Notes under the pieces: model-generated
The model's input: only the letters and a program-made list of their open reading frames with translations
Told to the model about the DNA's origin: nothing
The model's database searches: none
Assembly (NCBI GenBank): GCA_963666055.2
Contig: CAXWPH010000014.1
Coordinates: 520,538-584,537, forward strand
DNA from: Acidobacteriota bacterium
GTDB lineage: Bacteria > Acidobacteriota > UBA890 > WLXD01
Reading direction: 5' to 3'
DNA length: 64,000 nt
Translations under genes and position numbers: made by a program
Part shown: in pieces, positions 36,955-48,476 of the stretch
Layout of the letters: each line of letters opens with the position of its first letter
Position numbering within the stretch: the stretch's first letter is position 1

Positions 36955-37665
36955 CTATTCGAGCAGCGGCTTGAGGATCGCCCACACTTGTTCGGCGACG
37001 ATCCGGTGGCCCTCGGCGTTGGGATGGATGCCGTCGGCGAGGTTGAGTTCCGGGCGCGCCGCAACGCCCTCCAACAGGAAGGGAATCAGCGCGGCGTCGT
37101 TGGCTCGCGCCAGCTCCGGAAACAGGTTGCGGAACTCCGCGGTGTATTCGGGGCCGAGATTGGGTGGCGCCAGCATTCCGGCGACGACGACCTTGACCTC
37201 CGGGTACTTCGCGCGGGTCTTGTCGATGATGGCTTGCAGGTTGTCGCGCGTCAGCCCGAGCGGCAGGCCGCGGAGCATGTCGTTGGCGCCGAGCTCGAGC
37301 ACCAAAACATCGATGCGACGACGCAGCAGCCAGTCGATGCGGCGCGAGCCGCCGGCCGAGGTATCGCCGGGGACACCCGCGTTGAGAACCTCGACACCTG
37401 ACCCTTGGTGCTCGAGACGCCGGGCGATCAGGTTGGGGAAGGACTCCTCTACCGGCAGCCCGTAGCCCGCCGTCAGGCTGTCGCCGAGAAAGAGGATCGT
37501 CTTGGCTTCCTGCCGGAGCCCGGTGGTGGTGGGCGGCGAGCCGCTGTTGGAGATCGACCCCCCCGCAGGAGTGCCTACGACTGCCGCGGTCGCCATACCG
37601 ACGGCAACGATTGCCGCCAGCGCAGCTCCAGAGTGCCGCCCTCGATTATCGTGCGTTCGGTTCAT
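36955..37665 (-). CDS. tesA: Arylesterase/acyl-CoA thioesterase I (SGNH hydrolase)
   Basis: FLGDSLTAGYG, NAGVPGDT, LELGAND, DGIHPN. Confidence 0.9.
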   Translation of the reverse strand: MNRTHDNRGRHSGAALAAIVAVGMATAAVVGTPAGGSISNSGSPPTTTGLRQEAKTILFLGDSLTAGYGLPVEESFPNLIARRLEHQGSGVEVLNAGVPGDTSAGGSRRIDWLLRRRIDVLVLELGANDMLRGLPLGLTRDNLQAIIDKTRAKYPEVKVVVAGMLAPPNLGPEYTAEFRNLFPELARANDAALIPFLLEGVAARPELNLADGIHPNAEGHRIVAEQVWAILKPLLE

Positions 37666-37741
37666 CGGTTGGTCATCGCCGCGACATACAGGTCGGCCGC
37701 GGACAGCACCACCTCCCTGACACTCATACTATAGAGGTGCC

Positions 37742-38438
37742 ATGAGCCAAGGTGCCGTCCTGAGAGTCGACAAGCTGACCAAGCGCTACCCCAGCGCCGG
37801 GGGTGAGCTGACCGTGCTCGAGGATGTGAGCTTCACGCTCGAGGAGGGCGCCTCCTGCGCTTTGGTCGGCCCGTCGGGCAGCGGCAAGACAACGCTGCTC
37901 GGGCTGTGCGCCGGGCTCGACCGTCCGAGCACGGGTTCCGTCCGGCTCGTCGGGATCCCGCTCGAGGAAGCAGTCCGAGGATCGACTGGCGGAGATTCGC
38001 AATCAGCACGTCGGTTTCGTTTTCCAGACATTCCAGCTCATACCGACGCTCACGGCTGTGGAGAACGTGATGGTGCCGGCCGAGCTGCATGGCACCAACA
38101 ACGCCGAGCGCCGGGCCCGCGAGTTGCTGAAGGTAACGGGACTCGAAGACCGCCTCGATCACTATCCGGGGCAGCTCTCCGGCGGCGAGCAACAGCGCGT
38201 GTCGCTGGCGCGCGCTTTCATCAACCAACCCAAGATGCTGTTCGCCGACGAGCCCACCGGCAACCTCGACATCGAGACCAGCGACCTGGTGGTCGAGCTG
38301 CTCTTCGACCTCAACCGCAAGGCCGGCACGACGTTGCTGCTGGTAACCCACGATCTCGAGCTCGCCGGCAAGGCCGAACGCATTATCCGGTTGCGTGGCG
38401 GTCGGGTGGCATCTGACCCCGAGGGCGGCGGGCGCTGA
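37742..38438 (+). CDS. ABC transporter ATP-binding protein, YbbA-like (frameshift near 37972)
   Basis: GPSGSGKTT; then GFVFQTFQLIP, LSGGEQQRV, FADEPTGNLD in a second frame. Confidence 0.85.
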
Positions 38439-38439
38439 T

Positions 38440-40968
38440 ATGCGAGGCATCGCTTCACGGTGGGCCTGGCGGATGGCCTGGCGCGACAGCCGCGGCAGCC
38501 GGCGTCGCCTCCTTCTGTACGTCTCATCGATCGTCGCCGGAGTGGCGGCGCTCGTTGCTATCGGTAGTTTCCAGGCCAACCTGAACGCGGCGATCGAGGA
38601 TCGCGCCAAGACGTTGCTCGGCGCCGATCTGCGCATCGACAGCCAGCGCGCCTTCTCCGCCGAGGCCGAGGAGTTGTTGCGATCATTGTCCCCCCTGCAG
38701 TCGCGGCAGGTCGAATTCGCCTCGATGGCCTACTTTCCGGGGCCCGACACGTCGCGGCTGGTATCGGTACGCGCTCTCGAAGGCGGGTTTCCCTACTACG
38801 GCGAGCTCGAAACGGATCCGATCGAGGCCGCCGCCGCGTTTCGCAACGGTCGCGAGGCCCTGGTCGACGACGGCCTGATGTTGCAGTTCGAGCTCCAGGT
38901 CGGCGACGAGGTGCGACTCGGGCAAACGACGTTCCGGATCGCCGGCCGCTTGCTGAACGTGGCCGGTGAGATCCCGACCCGGGCTCTGATCAGCCCGCGC
39001 GTTTACATTCCGATGGCAGAGCTCGTCGCGACCGAGCTGATCCAGCTCGGCAGTCGCGCCGGATACACGGCGTACATCGCCTTCGACGATCCGCTGCTCG
39101 ACCCCGACGTGCTGGTTGAAGAGCTCCGCCCGCGCCTTCGCGACCTGCGATTGCGCGCCGATACGGTGCAGCGTCGCAAAAAAAACGTCGGCACCGCGCT
39201 GTCGAACCTCAACGCGTTCTTGACCTTGGTGGGTTTCAGCGCGCTGCTGCTCGGCTCGGTCGGGGTAGCCAGCTCGATCCATCTGTACGTCAGCGGCAAG
39301 CTCGAGACGGTAGCGGTGTTGCGTTGCCTGGGGGCCAAGCCCTCCAGCGCGGTGAGCATTTTCGTCATCCAAATCATGGTTCTCGGCCTGGTCGGCGCCG
39401 GCTTCGGGGCGGCTACCGGCGTCGCCGTGCAAATGGCCCTGCCGCTCGTCCTGGCCGGCTTCCTGCCCACCGACATCCCCTTCTTCATCGCGCCGCTGGC
39501 AATTCTCGAGGGCGTTGCCGTGGGCACCAGCGTGGCCCTGCTTTTCGGCTCGTTTCCGTTGCTGGCGGTGCGTGACGTCAGCCCGCTGCTCGCCCTCCGG
39601 GCGCTCGGCGAAGAGAAGGCCGCGGCGCGCAAGGACCCGCGCCGCTGGTTCCTGGCGGCTTTGATCGTGGCCGCGGGCGCCGCGTATCTGATGCTCACCA
39701 GCCCATCGCCACGTACCGGCGCGATCCTCTTCGGCGGCATGCTGGGTGTGTTCGCGCTGTTGTTCATCGTCGCGCAGCTGATCATGCGGTTGGCCCGTGC
39801 TCTGCCCACCGCGGGGCTGAGGTACGAGACGCGGCAGGGCCTTGCCAATTTGTACCGGCCGCGCAACCAGACCTCGCTGCTGATGCTGTCGCTCGGCCTC
39901 GGAACCTTCTTGATCCTCACACTGATCCTTATCCAGGCGTCGTTGGTGGCGGGGGTCGGCGAGGTGCTCGACGAGAACGAGCTCGATCTGATCGTTTGGG
40001 ACATCCAGGCCGATCAGATCGACGGGGTGCGGGCCGCCTTCGACACCGAGAACCTACCTGTGGAACGGACTTTCCCGGTCGTTCCGATGCGCATTTCCCA
40101 CGTCGAAGGCACGTCCGTCACCGCCGAGGACCGGCGGTCCTGGGCGACGCGCTGGGACTACTCGGCTACCTATCGGCGCGAGCTGCGCGGGTCCGAGCGG
40201 GTCGTCGCGGGCGAATGGATCGGGCGCGTCGATCCCGACATTGATCCCGTGCCGATCTCGATCGACCGCCAGGTGGCCGAAGATCTCGGTGTGGAGGTCG
40301 GCGGCGAGCTTGTTTTCGACGTGCAGGGGATTTCGCTCAACACCGTCGTGGCCAGCATCCGTGGCGTCGAGTGGGAGCAGGAGCCGCCCAACTTCTTGGT
40401 CGTCTTTCCCGAAGGCGCGCTCGAGGCAGCGCCGCAGTTTCACGTCATCGTTTCGAGCACCAGCACACCGACTGAATCAGCGGCGATCCAGCGGCGGCTG
40501 GTGCGCGAGTTTCCCAACGTGGCGATCATCGACTTGAACTTCGTAATGCAAACCGTCGAGGAGGTCCTCGACGAGATCTCTTTCGTGATCCGCTTCATGG
40601 CGCTGTTCACGGTGGCCACCGGCATCGTCGTGCTCGTTGCGGCCGTTGTCACGAGTCGATTGCAGCGCGTTCGCGAGGGCGTTCTGTTGCGCACGCTCGG
40701 TGCCTCGCGCGCCCAGATCAACCGCATCCTGCGCGCCGAGTACTTGTTTCTCGGCGCCTTCGCGGCGCTGACCGGATTGTCTCTGTCGATCGTCGCCGCC
40801 TGGCTGCTGGCCCGCTACCTCTTCGATGTCACCTTCGTGGCGCCACTCGGTGCACTGGTGGGCGCCGCCACACTGGTCGTGCTCGCGACACTGATGGTCG
40901 GCATGATCAGCAGTCGCGGCATCTGCAATCGGCCGCCGCTCGAGGTACTGCGTTCCGACGTTGGTTAA
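38440..40968 (+). CDS. ABC transporter permease, YbbP-like (duplicated FtsX)
   Basis: RMAWRDSRGSRRRL, LLGADL, FPYYGEL, DIQADQ, LRTLGASR. Confidence 0.9.
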   Translation: MRGIASRWAWRMAWRDSRGSRRRLLLYVSSIVAGVAALVAIGSFQANLNAAIEDRAKTLLGADLRIDSQRAFSAEAEELLRSLSPLQSRQVEFASMAYFPGPDTSRLVSVRALEGGFPYYGELETDPIEAAAAFRNGREALVDDGLMLQFELQVGDEVRLGQTTFRIAGRLLNVAGEIPTRALISPRVYIPMAELVATELIQLGSRAGYTAYIAFDDPLLDPDVLVEELRPRLRDLRLRADTVQRRKKNVGTALSNLNAFLTLVGFSALLLGSVGVASSIHLYVSGKLETVAVLRCLGAKPSSAVSIFVIQIMVLGLVGAGFGAATGVAVQMALPLVLAGFLPTDIPFFIAPLAILEGVAVGTSVALLFGSFPLLAVRDVSPLLALRALGEEKAAARKDPRRWFLAALIVAAGAAYLMLTSPSPRTGAILFGGMLGVFALLFIVAQLIMRLARALPTAGLRYETRQGLANLYRPRNQTSLLMLSLGLGTFLILTLILIQASLVAGVGEVLDENELDLIVWDIQADQIDGVRAAFDTENLPVERTFPVVPMRISHVEGTSVTAEDRRSWATRWDYSATYRRELRGSERVVAGEWIGRVDPDIDPVPISIDRQVAEDLGVEVGGELVFDVQGISLNTVVASIRGVEWEQEPPNFLVVFPEGALEAAPQFHVIVSSTSTPTESAAIQRRLVREFPNVAIIDLNFVMQTVEEVLDEISFVIRFMALFTVATGIVVLVAAVVTSRLQRVREGVLLRTLGASRAQINRILRAEYLFLGAFAALTGLSLSIVAAWLLARYLFDVTFVAPLGALVGAATLVVLATLMVGMISSRGICNRPPLEVLRSDVG

Positions 40969-41095
40969 ATTAGGCTGGTTCCCCCGGTTGACTACTTCCA
41001 GAAACAGGAACGGCGGCGACCCTCGGACGCGCGTTTGAACTGCGGACCTGTTGATTACGAATCGTCGTTGGCGCCGCCATCCTCTCATGCCCGAC

Positions 41096-41842
41096 TCATC
41101 CGGAAGGAGGGCTCTTGCCGGCGGCCAATCTCATCCGCAGCAGCACCCAGGCGACGCGCAGCGTTTCACTCAAGGTGACCTTCGATTCGCCGCCGGCGCG
41201 GACGCGATAGTGAATCGGCACCTCGGTGATGCCGACACCCGACCGGTGTAGACGGAAGAGGAGCTCGAGATGGGTCGCGTGGCCGCCGCTGCGGATAGCA
41301 TCGAGATCGACCGCACCGAGCGCCTCGCGCCTATAGCATCGATACCCTGTGCTGCAGTCGGCGTACGGCAGACTGAGGACCGTTGCGGCGAAACCGTTCG
41401 CCAACCTCGACAACAGGCGGCGCTTGCCGCTGAGGTCGGCCGCTCCGCCAGCGATATAGCGGGAGCCGATCACGACCTCGGCGTCGGCAGCGGCGGCAAG
41501 AATCGGCGTCAAGCTGGCGGCCTCGTGAGAGCCGTCACCGTCCATCTCGACGATGAGATCGGGGGGGTCCGGTGACTCCAGAAGCCGCCCGAAAGCATCG
41601 ACGACCGCATCTCCCCTGCCCTTCGAGCGTTGGCGCGACATCAGATGCAAGCGGTCGAACCGCTGCATCAACTCCTCGACGACCGCGGCGGTTCCGTCAG
41701 GCGAGTTGTCGTCGACGACCCATACCTCGAGCTCCACATCGCCATCCTGCCGGAAGATTTCGTCGACGAGCTGCGGGAGCGTCGCCCTCTCGCAGTAAAC
41801 GGGGATGACGACCGTGGCCCGCTGGCGCGGCGTTGCGCTCAC
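41096..41842 (-). CDS. GT2 polyprenol-phosphate mannose synthase-like glycosyltransferase
   Basis: VVIPVYCE, VVDDNSPDGT, EMDGDGSH, IGSRY, DCSTGYR. Confidence 0.9.
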   Translation of the reverse strand: MSATPRQRATVVIPVYCERATLPQLVDEIFRQDGDVELEVWVVDDNSPDGTAAVVEELMQRFDRLHLMSRQRSKGRGDAVVDAFGRLLESPDPPDLIVEMDGDGSHEAASLTPILAAAADAEVVIGSRYIAGGAADLSGKRRLLSRLANGFAATVLSLPYADCSTGYRCYRREALGAVDLDAIRSGGHATHLELLFRLHRSGVGITEVPIHYRVRAGGESKVTLSETLRVAWVLLRMRLAAGKSPPSG

Positions 41843-41896
41843 GATTGGGTGGTGACGAAAGCTTGCATGCGCGTGAAAGGTTATCGTATTGATCGC

Positions 41897-43994
41897 ATGA
41901 AGACGCCAACCACAGTCCAGCGAGTGCTCCACGTGGCGCGGCTGATCGCCGCCGCCGCGTTACTCTTGAGGGTCGGCGGCTACGGTGCGGCCATGATTCC
42001 CTCGGCGTATGTGTGCCTGGCCATCCTCGTGGCCCTTCTAGCGGCCGGACGCTGGGCCGCCGCCGTTCATTCTCATGGCCGCGCGCAGGTCGTCGCGGAC
42101 CTGCGCGTCTGGGCTTCCGCCAACAGCTTCTGGCTCGGGCTGTCGGCCGTGGCCCTGCTTGCCACGGTCGTGCGGTTGGCCGCGATCACCCAGGACCTTG
42201 GCCACGTGGCGCCCGGTATCGACGAGAATCGGCTCAACTCGAGCATCCTCGGTTTCTTCCGCACCGGTGAGATCGACCACCGCACGGTCGAGCACTATCC
42301 CGGCATTCATTACTGGCTGCTGACGGGCAGCTACCTCCTCGCCTATTTGCGCGGACTGATGGATGGTCTGGCTGAAACGTTTGCGAGGATGCCGCGCGAA
42401 ATCTTTTTTGCGGCCGGCCGGCTGGTGAGCGCCGCCGAAAGCGTCGCCACCGTCGTCCTTGTCGGGCTGTTGGGCCGGCGTCTGGCCGGAGCCACGACCG
42501 GGCTGTGGGCGGCTGGCTTGCTCGCGATCGCGCCTCTCTCGATCAGCCTCGGCCGTCAGCTGCGCAACGACGCGGCCCAGACGATGGTTCATCGTCGCCG
42601 CCGTCTATGTCGCCCTCGGCGTGCATCGGCGCGGCCACGCGGGGTACGCACCGGCGTTGGCGGGCGCTCTCGCCGGGTTGGCCGCCGGCGTCAAATACAC
42701 CGGTGTTTTCGTGCTCGTACCCGTGCTGCTCGCCGCGGTGAGCACGGAAGACACGGCGCGCTGCGGCCGGGCCTTCGTTCTCGCCGGAAGCGGGTTCATC
42801 GCCGCGGCGCTGATCTCGAACCACTTCGTCGTCACCGATCTGCCGAGACTTGTCTACCAGCTCTCCGCGCAGGTGGCGATCACCGGCCCGGCGCACTGGG
42901 CGGCCCAGGACAACCCCGCCACGTTCCACGTCATGGTCCTCGTCAACCGTGTCGTTGGCTGGCCGCTGCTCATTCTCGGCGCCGTCACCGTCGCCTCTCA
43001 CCTCGCGGCGGGCAGATGGCGCTGGTGGCTGTTCGCGGTGTATCCGCTCGTCTACATCGGGTTCGTCTCCAGTCGCCCTTCGCAGCTGCCACGCTGGGTG
43101 TACCCGGCGGCGCCGTTCGCCGCGATCGCGGCCGCGGCGGGGCTCGTGGCGGTGACGGCGTACCTGGGCCGGCGCGCCGATGCTGTCGCCCGGCCCGCCC
43201 CCCGGTTCGCCTGGGCTGCGGGTCCAATCGTGGCGCTCATGCTCGTGTCGCCTGTCGTCTGGCGCACGGCCACGGAGTTGAACCGCCGCTTCGGGACGCC
43301 GACCTACCGGATCGCCGAGGAATGGCTCGAGCACAACACGTCGGTCGGTGACAGCCTTCTCATCCAGAGACGGTGGCTCGATCTCGACCGTCGACGGTTT
43401 GACCTGAATCGTGTCGTCTCGCTGCAGAAATGGCTCGATGGCGGTCTTCATGCGCTCGGCGCACACGACTGGATCGTCGTCCAGGAGACGCTTCTCCGTC
43501 ATCCGATTCTCGAGGAGCTGACTCGGGTCGAATACATTACCGTCGACGCCTTCCTCGGTGGCAACCAGGGCCCCGACTTCGCGGTCTTCGAGGCGCCAAG
43601 AATCCCCGCTGCCGATGTACCCCTCGAGCTGCGCTTGGACGGCAACGAGGCTCTTGACTTCCTCGGCCCCGAATGGTCCAAAAAACCCGATCCGCGGCCT
43701 GGTCTGGCGCTCCCACCGACCGGTGCGAGCTTGTTCCTACCACCACTCGGCACCTTCGACCGCACACTCGACGTCGTCGTTGCCCCGGCCGATGAGGGCG
43801 CGCCGCTCGTCCTCGAATTCGAGTCGACAGGGCGGGAGCTGGTCGCGACCCGCATGCCCGCGGCACCGGGCGGCGTGCAGACGTTCACTATAGAGCTTTC
43901 GATTCGTCGCTTCGGTGCGGGCGTCGTTGGTGTTTTCATCCGCCCGCGCGTCAGTGGCGCTCCAATGCGCGTGCTACGAATCCGCATGTACTGA
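41897..43994 (+). CDS. GT-C (ArnT/PMT-like) membrane glycosyltransferase (frameshift near 42585)
   Basis: Multiple TMs, IDE loop motif, HYPG, AAGVKYTG, RWVYP; ORFs 41630-43351 and 42459-43994 join. Confidence 0.75.
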
Positions 43995-44116
43995 TCCGCC
44001 CGCGGCGGCGCGCGGCTCGAGATGCGCTTGCGCGACCCCCTGAGCGGATACTTTCAAACCGGGACATGCTGATCGTCCTGGCCAATCCCGATCCAAACGT
44101 TCGGGCGCCACGAGAC

Positions 44117-45937
44117 CTAGCGGCCCAGGTCGGCTCGGTACGAGCTCAGGAATCTCCGCAGCGCCTCCTTGCGACGTTCGAAGCCGTCAATTCGGTGGTA
44201 CTCACGGAAGCCGGTCAATGCAGACTGCACGTCGAAGCTCGCGACGTACGCATAGTTGCGGTCTGGGATATCTCCCTCGGCGAGTCGATTCTCCGTGTTG
44301 AGAGCCAGCCGCCCAAACAAAACGGTGCCCATCAAGAACGCCAAGGTGATCGACAAGCGTGCCAACGACCGTGCGAGCTCGTCTGACGCAGAGACGCGGT
44401 CTTGACCTTGGCGGCGATAGCGATCGATCAAACCTGCAGCCAGCCGCGTCAGAACGAAGATCGAGCCGGTGAGAATGAGGATCAGCGCGGCCGGAAGAAA
44501 GAGCTTGGAGTTCCCCGAGCGCCACCCCCGAAGGGCCGACGCCAGCCCGTATTCCAGCGACAGCAACCACAGTAGGCTGGCAGACAAAACGACCAGAAGA
44601 TCTGCCCCCACAAGCCGGTCGTGCGAGCGGGCCCAGAGCCAGACACCGGCAAGCATGGCGACGGCCAAGACCCATGCGGCCCTTTCTACGTCCAGCAGCC
44701 CGGCAATCGCGGCCCTCTGGCCGGCGAATACAGCACTCCAGGTGTAAAACTGACTCGGACCTTGGAGGAGCATGAGAAACGACCAAAGGCACGACAGCGC
44801 CGTTGCCACGACCCAGACCCTGCGTTTCGCCACCTGTGCGATTCCGTCAGTAGATCGGGCGTCAGCGATGACGCGCACGACCGCGGGGACGAGAACCACC
44901 GCTGCCGGAGCCATGCCACGCACGCCGTACGTGCGGGTACCCAGCCACCACACGTGCCAGGCAGCCTGTATCCAAAGGTTGATGGCTACAGCGACTATCG
45001 CGCCCGCCCACAAGATCCGTTCGCGGCGCGAGGTGGAGCGAATCAAGCAGATCACGGCGGCGACGAAGCCGAGTGCGTAGAGCGGATGGTAAACAAGCAG
45101 GCCGTGCCATGGGTGCGCCACAACCGGAAAGAACAGCGGATCAAGCCAATTGATGCTGCGGAACACTGAATCTCCGAAGACATACGGCGACGATGCAACC
45201 GAGCCCGTCATCCAACGATTCACGATCCCTTGCTGAAAGACTGCGATCAGCAACGGAGCCAACAGCAGAAGCGCAGCCACCAACCTGTGGCGCGCTCCCT
45301 CGTTGGAGTCTCTGCCGATGCCGGAGCGTGCGAAACCGACGTCGAAGATTCTCCCGGCAGCGAGTAGCAGCGCGGGCAACGCGTAGACGGCATAGTGGGA
45401 CCGAATCGCGACGAGCAGCGCCGTTGAACAGCCAACGGTCCAGCTCGATGCGACGAGCCCTTCGTCCGGGTCGACGGCACTTGCTACGAGCAACGCTACA
45501 AAGGCAATCGCTAGCGATTCCGAGGCGTGAGAGCGGCTAAGGAAGCCGGCGTGCGTTCCCAGAAACGCCGCGCCTGCTCCCAGGGCTGTGAGAGCGAAGG
45601 TGCCGCGCGACGCCCAGGCAAGTATGCGGAAGTAGGCCCACCAAAACAGCAGCGTGGAGAGCCATCCGGCGACAAGGGGTGCAAGGTTGGCGTCGACGAC
45701 ATTTCCGAGCACCAACCAAGGCACGACAAACAACATCCCTGGACCGGGCGACCAGTGCGTCAAGGGGAGCCCCAGCGGGGAGCCAACGCTACTCTGGATC
45801 AAAAAGATGTCGCCGCCACGGAGCGCGACAACCCATGCCCGATAGCGGCCGATGTCAGATCCGCCGATCGATCCGGCCAGCAGGCACGCCGCGAGGATCA
45901 CGAGCACGACTGACGGATGTATGCTGATTCGGCGCAT
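44117..45937 (-). CDS. Multi-pass membrane protein, GT-C-like
   Basis: More than 10 hydrophobic segments; HPWHGLLVYHP; WWLGTRTYGVR. Confidence 0.65.
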   Translation of the reverse strand: MRRISIHPSVVLVILAACLLAGSIGGSDIGRYRAWVVALRGGDIFLIQSSVGSPLGLPLTHWSPGPGMLFVVPWLVLGNVVDANLAPLVAGWLSTLLFWWAYFRILAWASRGTFALTALGAGAAFLGTHAGFLSRSHASESLAIAFVALLVASAVDPDEGLVASSWTVGCSTALLVAIRSHYAVYALPALLLAAGRIFDVGFARSGIGRDSNEGARHRLVAALLLLAPLLIAVFQQGIVNRWMTGSVASSPYVFGDSVFRSINWLDPLFFPVVAHPWHGLLVYHPLYALGFVAAVICLIRSTSRRERILWAGAIVAVAINLWIQAAWHVWWLGTRTYGVRGMAPAAVVLVPAVVRVIADARSTDGIAQVAKRRVWVVATALSCLWSFLMLLQGPSQFYTWSAVFAGQRAAIAGLLDVERAAWVLAVAMLAGVWLWARSHDRLVGADLLVVLSASLLWLLSLEYGLASALRGWRSGNSKLFLPAALILILTGSIFVLTRLAAGLIDRYRRQGQDRVSASDELARSLARLSITLAFLMGTVLFGRLALNTENRLAEGDIPDRNYAYVASFDVQSALTGFREYHRIDGFERRKEALRRFLSSYRADLGR

Positions 45938-46006
45938 GGCAGTGTCTGAGGATACGCTCCCGCCGGGCAACGACATACCGCGAGAGCAACAGATTGGAGA
46001 AAAATC

Positions 46007-46483
46007 ATGGGTACCGACGTCGAATCCCTCGAAGAGCTCCGATTGAGCGTTGGACGCCTGCAACGGCACAATCGATGGCTGGCCCTCTTCAGCGCACTAG
46101 TCGGGCTCGGACTCGTTCTGAGCGTCATCTCGCCAGTGAGCATTGTGCGATCACGCCGCTACGCGTTGCATGACGACCGCGATCGTCAGCGAGGAATGTG
46201 GCGAGTCCGAAACAACGCGCCGGCGATGATCCTGCAGGACGACCGAGGCGTCTGGCGCGCCGTCATCACGATCGCCGCCGAGGGTCCCCGTCTGACTTTC
46301 AATAGTCCTCTCGGTGAGCCGTTGATCACGCTCAGCACGCCGGGGCCGCAAGCTTTCTTCGCGATGCACGATCAGCAAGGTCGGCCCCGTCTCCAGATGA
46401 CGGTCTCGGACGACGGCGGCAGACTCGTGTTCCTTGATGCGGATGGGCAGACAATGGCGGCGTTCTCGGAGCCACCCCATTGA
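46007..46483 (+). CDS. Membrane-anchored hypothetical protein with beta-rich repeats
   Basis: GGAG RBS; coiled N-terminus, one TM, repeated L-x-D-x-x-G-x-x-R units. Confidence 0.7.
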   Translation: MGTDVESLEELRLSVGRLQRHNRWLALFSALVGLGLVLSVISPVSIVRSRRYALHDDRDRQRGMWRVRNNAPAMILQDDRGVWRAVITIAAEGPRLTFNSPLGEPLITLSTPGPQAFFAMHDQQGRPRLQMTVSDDGGRLVFLDADGQTMAAFSEPPH

Positions 46484-46616
46484 CTCACGGCTCAGGGGCG
46501 AGACGATCCTGTTTTTGTCACGCACAATGGACCTGTCGACGGCAGTACGCCTGTCGAGGAGCTCTACTATCGCGATCCGGACGGCTCCTTGACGGTCGTC
46601 GAGGTGGGGCGGCTCA

Positions 46617-46862
46617 CCCGCCCAGACGATCGAGATCGAGGTCGACGGTGAGGTCGTCACTCGGCTCGAGCTGGAAAAGGAAATGCGCGAGTACTCGGTG
46701 CGTATTCGCGCCGAGAGCGTGCGACGTACCTTCAGCGAGATCCGCTTCCGCTACGGCTATTCGATCGCTCCTCGCGATGTAGACGGGGCGCGAGACGATC
46801 CCCGCAGTCCGGCGGTGCTGTTCGACTGGGTCGAGATTGCCCGAGACGATCAGCGCAGATAG
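46617..46862 (+). pseudogene. Orphan C-terminal fragment of a surface or sulfatase-type protein
   Basis: PAQTIEIEVDGEVVTRLEL...DDPRSPAVLFDWVEIARDDQRR*; no start codon. Confidence 0.4.
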
Positions 46863-48253
46863 CCGAGACTGCGAAGCGTCTCGGCTAATTCCGCCTCGTA
46901 TTCGAACTCTCCGGTGCCCAGCTTCGCCGCCAAGGCCTGGCTCGTGATGATCCAGCGATCGAGCAGGGTCGCGAGGGCGTCGAAGTCCTCAGCTCTCTCC
47001 TGGGCGAGGTTGTTCATCTCGTCGACGTCGGCGTGCGTGTCGAACAGGGCGATGGTCTCGGTTCCCCGCGAGACGCCGCGGATGAGCTTGAGCGGATCCG
47101 ATATCACGGCGCCGAGCCTGCCGCGCAGGTCGGCGAAGTAGACCGTCGGCTCGGCTCCGCCGGTCATCTCGGGCAGCAGGCTCCAACCGTTGGACTCGGG
47201 CAGCGCCTCGAGGCCGGCAACTTCCAGCATCGTCGGGGCGACATCCACCACCCCGCTGAGCGCCGAAACACGGTCACCGCCCCAGCGGGATGCAGGGAAC
47301 TTGATGACCAGCGGGATCTGCAGGGTCTCGCGGTACAGGCTCTTGCGGTGTCCCTTGTTGCCGTGTTCGAAAAACTCGTCGCCGTGGTCGGCGGTCACGA
47401 TCACCATCGTTTCGTCCCACAAGCCGCGGCGTTTCAACTGCTGAAAAAGCCGCCCGAGGAACATGTCGACCAGAGCGATCTCGCCGTCGTACAGCGCCAC
47501 GACGTGCTCGAGGTCCAGCCGATCCATATCGGGGTTGATCACCGCCGAGCGCTCGAAGCGGCGGCTGCTGATGTCGCCCTCGTAGTCGGGATCGAACATC
47601 AACTGGAAGGGATAGGGCGGGATGTAGTCGTAATGGACGTCCCAGTAGTGGAGGAACAGAAAAAAGGGTTCGGTGCCGGAGTCGTCGAGCAGCTCGAGCG
47701 CCCGCTGGTGTGTTTTGAGAGACGTTCTTCCGACGTGCGAGGCGCTGTTGTTGGCGAAAAAGAGCGTCTCGTCGTCGTAGACGTCGAACCCCTGGGCGAA
47801 GCCGAACTGGTGGTTCAGGTAGGGGGCGGCAACCACCGCCGCGGTGCGCCAGCCGTTGCGTTGAAAAACCTCCGAGACCAGCGTCGCGGCGTCAGTGAGC
47901 TTCTTGCGGTCATTGATGACGCCGTGGACGCGGGAATTCAGCGAGCTCAGCATCGACATGTGCGCCGGCAAGGTCCAGGTCGAGCTGCTCACGGTATTCT
48001 CGAAGACCACACCCTCGGCTGCCAGGGCATCGATGTTCGGGCTCGTCTCGCGCTCGTAACCGTAGGTACCGAGATGATCGGCGCGGAGGCTGTCGATGGA
48101 GATTAAGACCACGTTCGGCCGCGCCACTCCGAAATCGACGGGCGCCACCGTGTCGCTGCTCGAGCAGGCGGCGGTCGCCGAGACCACGGCGACAGCGGCA
48201 ACAGTGAACGTGCGCGCGGCGGATCGAGGCTTCGACGGCTGAAGGTGATTCAT
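46850..48253 (-). CDS. Sulfatase family (alkaline phosphatase superfamily) lipoprotein
   Basis: Lipobox ATAAC; PNVVLISIDSLRADHL, WTLPAH, FLHYWDVH, TADHGDEF. Confidence 0.9.
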   Translation of the reverse strand: MNHLQPSKPRSAARTFTVAAVAVVSATAACSSSDTVAPVDFGVARPNVVLISIDSLRADHLGTYGYERETSPNIDALAAEGVVFENTVSSSTWTLPAHMSMLSSLNSRVHGVINDRKKLTDAATLVSEVFQRNGWRTAAVVAAPYLNHQFGFAQGFDVYDDETLFFANNSASHVGRTSLKTHQRALELLDDSGTEPFFLFLHYWDVHYDYIPPYPFQLMFDPDYEGDISSRRFERSAVINPDMDRLDLEHVVALYDGEIALVDMFLGRLFQQLKRRGLWDETMVIVTADHGDEFFEHGNKGHRKSLYRETLQIPLVIKFPASRWGGDRVSALSGVVDVAPTMLEVAGLEALPESNGWSLLPEMTGGAEPTVYFADLRGRLGAVISDPLKLIRGVSRGTETIALFDTHADVDEMNNLAQERAEDFDALATLLDRWIITSQALAAKLGTGEFEYEAELAETLRSLGYLR

Positions 48254-48476
48254 CGAGTCGTTCCGGGAAGGCGGAACCGCAAGGCGCGAAGGGCACACAC
48301 CCATGAACTTGCAGTGTATTGCCGCGATGGTGGCATGGAAAGGGGCGGCTGGGACCAGGATTCGGGCCCGTGTGTTGCGCGGGTCCCTCTCGATGAAGAT
48401 TTGCCAGCTTCCATCGCGATGATCTCGGGCAATTTGTCGCTCTCCAAAGCCTGCCGCAGCCCACCGGTCGCGGGGA

